DNA of 64,000 bases from Scenedesmus sp. PABB004. Taxonomy: Eukaryota. Where the stretch lies: contig CM026548.1 in assembly GCA_014905635.1 (NCBI GenBank), positions 1,240,001-1,304,000 of the forward strand. Direction: 5' to 3'. The notes under the pieces are model-generated. The model saw only the letters and a list, made by a program, of their open reading frames with translations. It was not told the origin of the DNA and did no database searches. Below are positions 30,963 through 43,155 of this stretch, one piece after another (the first letter of the stretch is position 1; every line of letters begins with the position of its first letter). Position numbers and translations under genes: made by a program.

Positions 30963-31573
30963 GGCGGCAGCAGGTGCAGCGGCAGCAGCGGGCCGCGGCG
31001 CACGCACGCGCTGCAGCAGGCGCTGCAGCGCGGGCGGCGGCACGCCGGGCGGGAGCGCATGCGAGCGCTCGCAAGGCGTGGCTGGTGTTGGCAGGTCGGG
31101 GCTGGCAGGCGTAACAGGGACTAGGCGCCGCCGCTCGGCCGATTACTCGGCGCCGCGCGACAGCAATGGGCTGCCGCGGCCCGCGGGCTGGCCAGGCCCG
31201 CAGCGCGCACGCGCGACGCACACGCGGCCACCACCACCGCGCACGAGGCGGCCCCCGGTGCAGGGGGCGCTGCGCCAGCTGGCGGCTCACGCGGCCAGAC
31301 CCTCTGGCCAGCGCAAGCACACACGGGCCCAGACAAGAACACACACGCAGTGCTGCGCCGCCGCCGGCCTGCCGCGGCAGCGGCGCCCGCCCCAAGGTCC
31401 CCGCCAGCCGCCCGCCCGCCTGCCTGCCCCCCCCCCCCCCGCCTGCCTCGCCCCCGAATGTACACACCCGCCGACCGCTCCGCCGCCTCCTGCCGCCCGC
31501 CGGGTCGCGCCTCGGCGCGCGCCCATGTCCTTGCCTTGGTGTTTTCGACGCGCGGCGGCCTCGCGCGGCGGCC

Positions 31574-33976
31574 TCACTTGTCAAAGCTCTTGACGTACTC
31601 GATCGCCGCCTGGCAGATGCCGGTCATGCTGCTCTCGGGGCCGTAGACCTCCACCGGCAGCCCGAGCTCCTGCGCGGCGCGGCGTGGCGCGCGGCAGCGC
31701 GCGGCGGCGTCGGCGCCCCCAGCCGCGCACGCCGGCCGCACGGCCCCGCCCGCACGCACAGCCCTGCCCGCCCGCGCCGCGCACAGCCCCGCCCGCACGC
31801 ACGGCCACAGACCGCGCCGCGCACGGCCGCGCTGCCGCGCACGGCCGGTCCGCACCGCGCCCATGTCCTTCATCGCCGCGAGGCCGCTCTGGTAGTTGGG
31901 CCCGCCGCGGCGCACAAAGATGCGCACGTTGGCCGCCTTGAGCGCCGCCGCGGCCTCGGTGATGGCGGCGATGATGCCCTTGAACGTCGCGGCCACGTCT
32001 GGCGGGGGGCGGGGGGCACGGCGCGCGGCGCGGCGTGGCGCAGGGGGGGCGGCAGCGCAAGGCGCGCGAGTGAGATTGGTTGCGCGGCGGGCGCGCGAGA
32101 CGTGTGCTGCACGGGCGCAGCGGCGGCGCGCGGCGGCGCCGGCGTGCGCGGGCGCGGGCGCCCCGCGCCCCGCCGCCCGGCCGCAGGGCTAGCTGCGCCC
32201 CAGCGCGGCTCGCCGCCCCGCGCCGTGCGGCTCGCCGCCCCGCGCGGCGCCCAGACTCACCCGTGAAGTTGGCGATGCCGCCGCCGATGAGCAGCGCGCG
32301 GCCGCGGCCGTCGGGCGCGGCCGCGACGCACTCGAGCACCGTCCTGGCGTACGCGTACGTCTCGCCCGTGTTTGGCGCGCCGCTGTACTCGCCGTAGTTG
32401 CCCAGCTCGCTCGCAAACCCGAGGTCGCCGACCGTGTCTGCCGGCCCGGCCGGCGGGCGGCGCGGCGCGGGCGGCGGGGGCGGCGTGGGCGCGGGCGCGT
32501 GCCCAGGCGGCGCGGGCGCGTGCGCGGGCGGCGCGGGCGCATGCGCAGCGTGCGCGGCGCGGGCGGTGCGCGCGCGGCCGCCCGCGCGGCCGCCCGGGCG
32601 CGGCGCTGCTGCCGCGCGGGCCGCGCCGGCAGGCACGCCACGCCGCCGCGCCGGCGCACGTGCCGCGCCGGCGCACGCGCCGCGCCGCGTGCCGCGCCGC
32701 GGCCGCGCACCGGCGTAGATGACGCTCGCGCCGCCGCCGGCGACCATGAGCCACACGCGGCCGCGCGGGTTGAGCACCGTGAACTTCAGGCTCGCGCCCG
32801 TGCCCTCGTCGAGGCCGGCGACATACTCCTCCGCGCTCGTGAGCGCGCGGCCAAACGGCAGCGGGAACTCCGGGTCGGGGCCCCACTTGGCCGGCACGTT
32901 GCGGAACGACGCGGTGTCGTCCAGCTCCTGGAGCGCGCGGGCGCGGGTTGAGCGCGGCGCGGGCGCGGCGGCGCGGGTGTGCGTGAGCGCGCGGCGCCGC
33001 CGGCCGGCGCGGGGCCGCTGACCCGCGCCGGCGCCGGCCGCCGCGCGCCCCCCTCCTGTCCGCCCCGCACACCTCCCACCGCCCCGCCCCCCACAAACCC
33101 CGCCCCTCAACCCCCTGCGATGCGGCCGCGGGGCCACGACGCGCACCATGCGGATGTCGAGCGGGAAGGGCAGCCCCGCGCCGTCGAGGGTGAACGGGTT
33201 CATCTCCAGCAGCGTCGCGTCGAGGTCGTCAAACACGGCCAGGCAGTTGGCCAGGAACGCCTCGAGCCCGGGGCGCAGCTCCAGCGGCAGCCCGCTCACG
33301 AGCGGCGCGAGCACGTCGCCTGCGGCGGGCGGCGGCGCGGGCGGCGGGCGCGGCGGGCGCGGCCGTCGCGCGGGTCCGCGCGGGCGCTGCTCCAGCGCTC
33401 GCTGGAGCGCCGCCGCGGCCGCCGCGCCGCGCGCGGCGCGCGCCCCACCCCCCGGCCGCCCCCGCCCCCGCCGGCGCGCGGCGCGCGGCGTGCCCCACCT
33501 GTGATGGGCGTCGCGGTGGGGATCTCGATGCTGCGCACCTTGTCCCAGTTCTCCTCGATGTCGACGCCGCCCGCGGTGCTGAAGGACACGTCGGTGCCGA
33601 GGCGGCCCGACTGGATGCAGAGGTAGAACTCGTCCGCGTGGGGCACAAAGGGCTCGACCACAAACGTGGTCACCGGCCCGGTGCAGCCCTTGATCGTGAC
33701 CTGCTTGCCCATGCGCGCGCGGATGAACTCCTCGGCCTCCGCAAACGTGAGGTCGAGCCCCACGAGGTCGTTCTTGCCGCGCTGGCCGAAGAGCATGTCG
33801 GGCTTGACCACGAGGCGCGCCGCGTTGAGCCAGGGGTGGGCCTCGAGCAGGTCGACAAAGCTCGTGTCGGCGCGGACCTGGGCGACGTTGATCGGCAGCT
33901 CCAGCCCGAACAGCCGCTGCATCGCCGCCTTGAGCAGGCGCTTGCCCGTGTACTCGCGGACCTTCTTGCGCGCCAT
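31574..33976 (-). CDS. ACLA: ATP-citrate lyase subunit A (plant-type ACLA)
   Basis: MARKKVREYTGKRLLK..LVVKPDMLFGQRGK, LEMNPF, ELDDTASF, SLKFTVLNPRGRVWLMVAGGGASVIYA|DTVGD, NYGEYSGAP, IGGGIANFT|DVAATF, RRGGPNYQ, YGPE..MTGI. Confidence 0.95.
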
Positions 33977-34675
33977 GGCGGAGCGCTGCCGGCGGGAGGC
34001 GGCGACGGCGGCGCGACCCGGGGCCGCTGCTGCTGCGTGCGCTCGCGCGGCGGCGGCGCGCGCGTGCGGCGGCGGCGCCTTGGGGATGCGACGGCGGAGA
34101 GACGGGGGAGGGCTTGTGTGTGGTGTGGTGCTGCGGCGAGGGCAGGGCGCTGCGGGAGACGACGGTTGCTGCTGTTCGGCGAGAGATGGCCGAGGTGGCA
34201 GCAGCACAGAGCGCCGGGAGCGCGCTCGCTGCGCGGCGCGTGTGTGCGGGAGCGAGTGGGGGTCACGGGAAACACCGGGCGGGGGGGAGAACGCGCGCGA
34301 GCGACTCCCTCTCAGGCCTTGCAGGGTTCGGGGCGTGCTCGCTGGCCGCCGCAGGCGCAGGCTGCGGTGGGCCGGCAGCAGCTCGCCGGCGGCCCGAGCA
34401 GCTCTCCGCCGACTCACCACCGCCGCCGAGCCGTGCACCGCGCCGTGTGGCCAGGCCGCAGCAGCAGCGGGCGCTCGCGCCAATTGCGGCCGCTCGGCGG
34501 CCCCGCTCAGGCTGCCGCGCCGCCGCGACCACCGCCAGGCCGGCCTCGTGCCCTCGCGGCCGGCGCTGGGGCGTGCGGGGCGCTCGGCCAGCTGCGCGCC
34601 CTCGCACCCGCGCAGCGCGCCCACGCGCGGCCAGGCGCGCGCGGCACCTCGCCCCCAGGCGGGCCGAGGCCCGCC

Positions 34676-36245
34676 ATGCAGCTGACGCGGCTGCACCTGC
34701 AGCGCGGCGGCGCCGAGGCGCGGCGCGGCGCCGTGCCAGCGGCGCCGCCGTCGCTGCTGGCGCGGGCGCCGCGCGGGCGCGCCGCCCGGCACGGCCGCGC
34801 GGCGGCGGCGCCCCGCGACGGCGCCGCCGCCGCGCCGGGCGACGAGCCGCCGCCGGCGGTCAGCCCGTACGCGGCGCAGCAGATGGCGCGCGCGCTCGGC
34901 GCGGCGGGCGCGCCGCTGCAGACGCGGGTGGGCGGCTGGCGCGGCGAGGGGTTCACGCACCTGCTCGGCGCGGGCCCCGTGCGCCGCGTCGACGTGGACG
35001 CGCTCAACGAGGCGCTGCGGCCGGCGGGCGCGCTGCGCCTGCGCCACGCGCAGGTGCGGTGCGCGCCGCCGCACGTGCCCGCGCGCCGCCGCCCCTCCCT
35101 CGCCCATGTGCGCCGCCCCGCGTCTCCGCACGCACGCCCACCGCGCGCCCGCTGCCCGCCCGCGCGCCGCCGCAGCACCCGCACGAGGCGTACGGCATGG
35201 TCTTCAGCTTTGACGGCGTCATCGCAGACATGCCCACCATACGGCGCGAGGCGTGGGTGCTGCTCGCCGCCGAGACGGGCCTGCACCTGCCGCACGGGCT
35301 GCTGGCGCACCCGGAGCTGCTCGCCGCGCCGCCGGAGGTCGCGGTCGTGCGGCTGCTGCGCTGGGCGCCCGACCGCAAGGCCGGCGTCGCGCTGGCGATG
35401 CGCTACGCTGAGCTCGCGGGCCGCCTGCTCGCGACGCACTCACGGTGCGCGCCGCGCGCCGCGCCGCGCCGTGGCCCAGCCCGAGCTGCCGCCGCGGCGC
35501 AGCCCGCGCCGCGCCGCGGCCCAGCCCGCGCGCGCGCGCGGGCCGACGCGGGCCCTGCTCCGCCCCGCGTCGCCGCTGCTGGCGCGCAGGCCGCAGGAGG
35601 GCGTGCGCGAGTGGCTCGACACCCTGGGCCGCTTCAACGTCCCCTGCGCCCTCGTCAGCGCGCTGGACCGGCAGAGCGTGCAGGCGGCGCTCGCGCGCAT
35701 GGCGCTGCACGACCACTTCACCGCGACCGTGACGGCCGAGGACGAGGCGGAGACGATCGCGCAGTCCCTGCTCGCCGCGGCGGTCAAGCTCGGCCGGCCG
35801 CCAAACGCGTGCGTCTACTTTGACTCCACCCCCGCGGGCGTCACCGCGGCGCACAACGTCACGATGCGCGCGGTGGGGGTCATGGCGCGCGGGCGGCACC
35901 GCTCGGCGCTCAAGGCCGCCGACATCACGTGCGGCAGCCTCTCCGAGCTGACCGTGATCAACATGCGGTGCGGCGGCGGCGCAGGCGGCGGCGGCCGCGC
36001 GCGCGGCGCAGGCGGCGGCGGGCGCGCGCAGGGCGGCGGCACGCGCGCAGGGCTGCGGCATGCGCACGGGGCGGCGGGCGCGCGACCCGGCCGCCGCCGC
36101 CGCTGCGGCGGGCCGCAGGCGCCTGTTTGCCAACATGGGCAGCGAGCTGATGGACCTGCAGCGCGCGGCGTCGGCGCGGCACGACGACAGCGGCGACGAC
36201 GCGCGCCGCCGGCGCCGGCGCATCACCAACGCCACGATCGACTAG
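34676..36245 (+). CDS. HAD-superfamily (PYRP2/CbbY-like) protein, probably plastid; motif I degenerate
   Basis: Exons HPHEAYGMVFSFDGVIAD..REAWVLLAAE, EGVREWLDTL..VPCALVS, TVTAED..LLAAAVKLGRPPNACVYFDSTPAGVTAAHNVTMRAVGV, LSELTVINMR|RLFAN. TAG at 36243-36245. Confidence 0.85.
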
Positions 36246-36514
36246 CGGAAAGCGCGCGGTTGGCGCGCCCAGCTGCTGGCGGCCAGCGGCGCCGCCCTGT
36301 ACTCATGTGTGTTAGTCTGATGTACCACCAGCAGGCTGAGCGAGTGAGTTTTGCCAAGCGCAGCAGCAAGAGCGCGCAACGCGGGCGGGCGCAGCCGCGG
36401 TGGTGCGGCGCTGCTGCTCTGCAGCCGGAGTACTTCTTGTCCCCCTGCCTGGCAAGCCAAGCCGGCGCGCAGGCCGCCGATCTGCGCCCGTGCGGCGGCC
36501 GCCCAGCAAGTGAG

Positions 36515-36890
36515 CGACCCCGGCGTCGTGGCTAGCGCGGCGGCCCCTCGGGCTGCTGACGCAGGCGCGGCGGTCAGCATCAGCGATAGCGGCGTCACGG
36601 CTGATACGGCGGCCCCTCGGGCTGATGATGTCAGCGCGGCGGTCAGCGTCAGCAGCGTCTCTGCTGGTGCGGCGGCCCCTCGGGCTGCCGTTACCGGCGC
36701 GGCGAGTCGGTGTGCAGCACTGGAGCAGGCTCGGCGTTATCTGCTTGGTGACCTGCTGCAGGATCAGCTTGCTGTTCACTCTGTGGCAGATTATGTGATG
36801 GACATCTGGAAGATGCGGGACACCGTCCTTAAGGGGCGCGGGACCAATGGGCGCGAGCCTGTGGTGTAACTATCTTTATCTTTATCTTTA
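36515..36890 (+). mobile_element. Probable 5'-truncated non-LTR retrotransposon 3' end with a (TATCTT)3 tail
   Basis: A lower-GC open frame ends ..RRYLLGDLLQDQLAVHSVADYVMDIWKMRD..EPVV*, directly followed by TATCTTTATCTTTATCTTTA. AAGTGAG flanks both sides (36508-36514 and 36890-36896) as a candidate TSD. Confidence 0.55.
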
Positions 36891-37387
36891 AGTGAGATGC
36901 GCGCGTAAGCGACGGCGGCTGACGGCGCGGCACGCGGCTCGGCGGGCCCTCGGTGGCGGCTGCAGGCGGAGCTTTCCCGCGAGTGAGCGCGCTCTGCGCG
37001 GCCGCCCTGCGTGGGGCGCCCCGTCCTGTCCCGCCGGGCACCTGCTGCGCGTTCGTGCTGCGTCCACCCGGCCAAACGCATCCGCGAGGCTCCCGTCGGT
37101 GTCTGCAGACCACAGCAAGCTCGTGGATAGCCGTTTGGACGCGATCCGGCGGCGCGTGGCGGAGCGCTCGGGGATTAGGTCGCGGTGAGCCGATCGACCG
37201 TGCTCACCGCGCCTCGCTGTTCCCCGAGCTCGTGCCGATCGTGCGACCCCTCGTCACAGCAGCGTGTCGCGACGCTTGCGGACGGGCGCACGGCGCTGGA
37301 TATGCCGAGCCTTCCTGGTGAACAACACACTCGCGCACCATTCGCGCAGCAAGGCGCCTTGCGCCGCACTCGCCACACCCAGCGGCG

Positions 37388-38835
37388 ATGGAGCCTGTGA
37401 ACGCGCTCGAGCCCATGGCGCAGCAGCCCTGCGCCCTGTGGCTGGGCAGCGGGTGGTGCGCTGCTGCGATCGACGCGCAGCCCTCGCCCGATCCCGTGGG
37501 CAGCAGCCCTGGCGCGTCGTCCAGCGACGCCTGGTCCATATACATGGACGCTCCCGGCGCGGCGGACGAGTTTGACCTCGCCCTCGCCTGCTGGGGCCTT
37601 CCGAACACAGGGGCCGGGCTGGCGAGCACCGGCAGCGGCCTGAGCTGCGACAGCCTCACGGAGCCGCTCCCCGACCTCCTCCTGCTGCCGGACGCGGACC
37701 CGTCGGCGCTCACGCCGCGCAGCAGCCTCTGCGACGTCGCGGCCGCCGCGGCGGCTGGTGCCGCCGCCGCCAGCCCGCACGCTGCGGCGCCGGGACGCGC
37801 GGCGGCGAAGCGCCGCGGCCGCCCGCCCAAGACGCCCGGCGTGTATAGCCGCGGCTACGAGGCGATCGTGCGCCACCGCGAGAGGAGAAAGACACAGGCG
37901 CGCGCGGCGCGGCGCGGCGCGGCGCGGCGCGGGCTCGCCGTGCGCCGCGGCACCGGGCTGCGCGCCGCCGGCTCGCGGCCACACACGCGCTGCCTTGCCC
38001 ACTCACGGCCGCCGCCGCCGCCGCCGCCGCGCAGGTCGCGGCCATGGAGGCGGAGATCGAGGCCAAGCGCGCAGCGGCGGCGGCGCTCGCCGCCGAGAAC
38101 GGCGCGCTGCGCCGCCGCCACGCCGGCATGGAGGCGCACGCGTCGGCGCTCGAGGACGTGCTGCACCACGCGCCTGCGCTGGCCGGCGACGCCGACGCCG
38201 CGGCGCTCGCGCGCGCGGGCGCGCTGGCGGGGCGCTACCGGGCGCTGATCGAGGCGGGCGCGGGCGCGCTGGCGGCGCGGGACGGGGCGCCCGCGCCGCG
38301 CGGCGCGCCGCTCCCGTTCAGCGTCGAGGAGTCGCTGCTGCTCGCCGCGCTCGACCGGAGCGCCGAGGCCCTGACCGCGCGCGCCGGCGCGGCGCCGCCG
38401 GCCGAGGGCGCCACACCCGCGCTCGACGTGCGCACCGGCGCGGTCTGCTGGGTGGGCGACGCGGCGTGGGCGCGCGCCACCGCCGCGGCGGTCACGCTCG
38501 CGCCCGGGCAGGCCGAGGCGCTGGCGGAGCTGCTGCGCTGCGCCGACGCGACGCGCGACGCGCTCGCTGCAGCGCGCGGCGCGCTGCTGCGCCAGCTGCG
38601 CGGGGCCGCCGCCGACGGCGGCGCCGACGCCGGCTGGGCGTGCGTGTGCGCGGTGGAGCGCCACATGACCGCGTGCCGCGCAGCGGCGACCGCCGAGTTC
38701 TGGGCGCTCGCGCGCGCGCTGGAGCCGGAGCAGCTCCTTGCCGCGTGCGTCGCCTCCTACCCCGCCCTGCCGCTGGCGGGGCTGCCGGCGGTCGCGCGCG
38801 TGCTCGTCGAGCGCGGCAGCGGGCCGCCCGCGTGA
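37388..38835 (+). CDS. Atypical AT-hook + bZIP-like transcription factor, paralogue A (2 exons)
   Basis: KRRGRPPKTPGVYSRGYEAIVRHRERRKTQ|VAAMEAEIEAKR..LAAENGALRRR (basic region plus heptads). C-terminal helical region ends LEPEQLLAACVASYP. GC donor at about 37898. Start codon tentative. Confidence 0.7.
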
Positions 38836-40565
38836 GCGCCTTGCTGCGACGCACCTAGTCGGGACTGCGCTGCGCGGCGTCGGACGACCGCGCCGCCGGG
38901 GCCGGCCGCCCCCGGCCGCGGTGAACGTGGGCACGCGCGCGCCGTGCATGCGGCGCGCGCGGGGTTATCAAGGTGCGGGGCTTGGTCCCTGCTGGTGCCA
39001 TCTTTGGTGAGCTCGTAGCGTTTGTGTCGTGACGAGCGGGACGGCACAGCTTTGTTGGCTGGCATGCGCGGGGATCGCCGCGCCACCGCTGGCGCTGCAC
39101 GTTAGTTCGCGCGGGACGGCATGCGCTGAGCACGGCGCGGCGCCGCACGCACCAGCGTGCACGGCAACGCGCGCACGGCAACGCGCGCACGCGCGCCACG
39201 TGGGTGGATCGGCGTCTAAATTGATTTGGTCGGGGCTCGCGCACGCGTCGCGGCTGCATCCTGTTGCTGCGCCCCGCGGGCGCGCCGGACGGCTCGGCTG
39301 CCCGACAGGGCGCGGCAGCCAACTCATTGAATTCCAAACCTGGAGACGGGGTTAGTTGGCTTGTCGGTTTGGCCGCCGCAGTCACGGCGGCCACGTTGGC
39401 CCCAGCTTTTGTCGGCTTCAGTTGGTCAGGAACTGATCAATCACTTGTTGATCAGTTCCATCGATATCGTTGGGCCGTTGGGCGGCATGCTAGCACGCCT
39501 GGCAGCGCCGGCCGGACGCCACAGCACTTGGCATGAACGCCGTCTTGAGCTAGCTCACTGCTTGGTCACACCTGCAACGCCGATTGTGTTCATTGCAGGT
39601 CGGTCGAACTGCGCGCATCGCACTGGATTCGGTCACGCCTCACGTTGTTGCGCGCACACACACAGCACACATGCCTTCACCCTCACCGCCGGCCGGGCAG
39701 AGCGCTGGCGCGGCGCTGCCGCGCTGGACCAGCGCTGCTGGTGCGGCGCGGCAGCACTGCGCCGGCCCTCCAGCCGCCCTGCCGCGGCATCTGCTTCGCG
39801 CTTGAACGAACCCCGCCGGCGCCAGCCGGGCTAGTTGTCGTGAACAGGTCCCGAAGAAAGCACTCGGTCGGTGCGTCCTCTTGTAGGTCGAGGCGCGGCA
39901 CTGGAGCTCGACAATTGTCCCATGCCCTGAAGCCTGAGCTTTGCCAACATTCGCGCGCGCATGCACTTGACTTTCACAGGTTGCCGTGCAGGTCGGGAGG
40001 CAGGCAGGCAGGGCAGGCCGGGCGGCGTGGGGCGAGCTGGGCGGCATGGGGCGAGCTGGAGCCGGGGCGGCGGCGCGCAGCGCAGCGCGGCGCGGCGGCG
40101 GCGGCGGCGGCGGCGGCGGGGGCGGCGGGGGCGGCGGCTGCAATCGAGCCCGGCGACCTCGCTCGGACGCGCTCGAGCGTGATGCGCGTGATCGGCAGCT
40201 GACAAGCGCAGTGACCCGCGCCTCCCGGCCTGCCTCTCGCCCCCCGCCCGCCCCGGCCCGCCCACGCCACTCGGCTGGCCTCCCCGCGACGCCTAGGAGC
40301 TCCAGGCCCGCGCGCTGCGACGTGCGTAAGGCGCCCCCGCGGCCCCGCGAGCGTGCGGTCTCTCTCGCGCGCCCTGACGCGCTCGCCCGGGTGCGTAGCG
40401 GCGTGGGGTGCGAGCGGCGGGCCGGCGCGCGCGCCTCATCAGCGAGGGCCGCGCCTCCGCGGTGTGCTCACGCCTCCGCGGCGCCTCCCCGCGGCCCGCA
40501 GGCGCGCTCCCCTCGCTCTCCCCGCTGGCACCGCCCGCGACGCAGCGGGCGCGGGCTGGCGACGC

Positions 40566-40601
<36 letters not shown>

Positions 40602-40684
40602 GCACGTAACCCGGTGATGCCGCAGGCGGCGGCGACGGCGCGGCCGTAGCGTAGTTGGGGCAGCGTCAGCGGCGGTCCGGCGCC

Positions 40685-41404
40685 ATGACGGCGGCAGGGC
40701 GCGCCGCCACGCCGCCGTCGGAGGCCGGCAGCGCCGCCGGCGGGCGCACGCCGCCGCCGCCCGGGGCGCGCCGCGGCTCGACGCGCTCATTGGCGGGCAG
40801 CTCGCGGCGAGCCTGTTCCCGTGGCAGAGCAGCCAGGAGGCGAGCGCGAGCTGGCGGCTGCTGTTCCCCGGCCTGCAGACCTGCGCGCTCGGCGGCGGCG
40901 CGAGCGGCGACCTGCGCGCCGTGGCGGCCCTCGTCGGCGCGGCGCCCAGCGGCGGCGCCGGCGGCGGCGGCGGCGCTGCGGCGATGGCGCGCGACAGCCC
41001 GTTTGGCCGCCTGGGCCTGGCAGACTTCCTGGCGGCGCCGGGCGCGGGGGCCCAGGGCGGCGGCGGCGGCGGCTGCGCGGCCGCGGCCGGCGGCGTCGCG
41101 GCGCTCGTGCCGGCCGCGACGCCCGAGGACAGCGCGGCGGCGCTCGCGCAGATCCAGGCGGCGCAGGCGCAGCTGCGCGCGCACGGCGCGGCGGCGGCGC
41201 AGGCGCCGCGGCAGCCCGCGCGGCGGGGGCGGCCGCCGCGCGACCCCAGCACGTGGAGCAAGGCGTACGTGTCGATCCGGCGCTACCGAGACAAGCAGAA
41301 GAGCCTGGTGCGGCGCCGCGCGCGGCCCGCTGCGCGCGCGGCCTGCTGCGCGCGCGGCCGCGCCCACGGCAGGCGCCGGCCGCGGCCGACCTCCGCCGAC
41401 CGCG

Positions 41405-41478
<74 letters not shown>

Positions 41479-41769
41479 GCAGGTGCAGCAGCTGGAGGAG
41501 ACGGTCGCTGCGCGGCGCGCGCAGCTGGCGGGGCTCGCGGCGGAGCAGGCGGCGCTGGTGCGCAAGGAGCAGCACCTGCAGACCACGCTCTGCATGATCG
41601 ATTCCACGATCACCCAGCTGGACGCGCTGAACCTGGAGCTGGACGGCTCGCGCCGCACGGCGTCCCAGTCGTCCGTGAGCGGCGGCGGCGGCGGCGCCTG
41701 CGGCGGCGGCGACGGCGCCTGCGACGGCGACAGCGCGCGCGCCGCCGCGCCGGCGCGGCAGTGCAGCGT

Positions 41770-41800
<31 letters not shown>

Positions 41801-43155
41801 CGCGCGCCCCTGCCGCCGGCGCCGCTGCTGCGCCTCCCGAGCAGCAGCAGCAGCAGCAGCAGCGGCAGCTGCCTCGCCGACGACCGCGCCGCGGCGGCGG
41901 AGGTCGCGTCGCGCGTGAGCGCGGAGCTCGCGCTGCAGCAGTCGACGCAGGCGCAGGCGGCGTGCGACGTGGTCGCGCTCACGCGCCGCTACCAGGCGTA
42001 CCTCCAGGTCGTCGCCGCGCGGCTCGCGACGCTCGCCGCGCTGGAGGCCACGCTCAGCAGCCAGGAGCAGGCCGACGGCGGCGCAGCCCAGGCGGGCGCC
42101 GCGGGCGCCGCGGGCGCGCGGCCCAAGCCGCGCGCGCGCGGCAGCAAGGCGCCGCGCGGCGCGCGCGCGCCCCAGCCCGGGCCGGGCGGCGGCCAGGCGG
42201 CGCCCGGCCCGCCGCCGCCGGGCCCGCTCGCGCGCACCGGCAGCGGCAGCGGCAGCGGCAACAGGGCAGCCGTGGCCGCGGCCGTGGCCGCGGCCGCGGC
42301 CGCGGCCGACGACGACAGCGCCGCCGCCGCCGCGGTGGGCGAGGGCGGGCCCGGCGCCGACGCGACCGGGTTCCCGCCGCTGCCGCTGAGCATCGTGGAG
42401 ATCATCGCGCTCTGGAACATCCACAAGACCGCCGTCACGCCCGAGGCGGGGCCGGTGCCGCGCGTGATGGCGTACAACATCGAGACGCGCGAGCACGAGC
42501 CGCTGCCCGAGGGCTTCTGGGCGCGCGTCGCGCAGCAGGTCCCGCTGCGCCCCGAGCAGCGCGCGCAGCTCGAGGGCGCGTGGTCGGTCTTTGCCGCCGC
42601 ACTCGCCAAGGTCAACCAGGAGCGCCGCGAGCTGCAGCGCCAGCTCGACGAGGTCGAGGCCGCCGCGCTCGGCCTGCCCGCCGCCGCCGCGGGCGCCGCG
42701 GCCGCGGCGGCCGCCGCGCCCGGCGCCGCCGGCGCGTCGCCCGGCGCGTCCGCGCCCTTCCTCTCGCTCTCTGGCGCGGGGCAGGTTCTCGAGCGCTACC
42801 TCGCCCTGGTCGACGCGATCGAGCGCAGCCTCGTGCGCGGCCGCGTGCTGCTGCTGGTCTACGGCCAGAGCCTCAAGGCGCGCGCGCCGCGCGGCGGGGC
42901 CGGGGCGCGTGCACGGGCCGGGGCGCGCGCGGCCGGTGGCGCGCCCGGCGCGCGCGGGAGCCCGGCCAGCCGACGCGCCCGCCGCGCCGCGCGCCGCCGC
43001 AACCGCCGCCGCGCCGCGCCGCGCCGCGCCGTGCGCAGGTGATGCTGGACAATGAGCAGTTTGCGCGCATCTGCGTGGCGAGCTACCCGATCTTTCCCCT
43101 GCTGCGCGCGGTGGTGGGCCACCTCATCGGCGTCCCCGAGCTCGCCAACACGTGA
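40685..43155 (+). CDS. Atypical AT-hook + bZIP-like transcription factor, paralogue B (N-terminus unresolved)
   Basis: RRGRPPRDPSTWSKAYVSIRRYRDKQKSL|VQQLEETVAARRAQLAGLAAEQAALVRKEQHL. C-terminus FWARVAQQVPLRPEQ..LK|VMLDNEQFARICVASYPIFP. Alternative starts at 40984 or an upstream exon near 40047. Confidence 0.75.
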
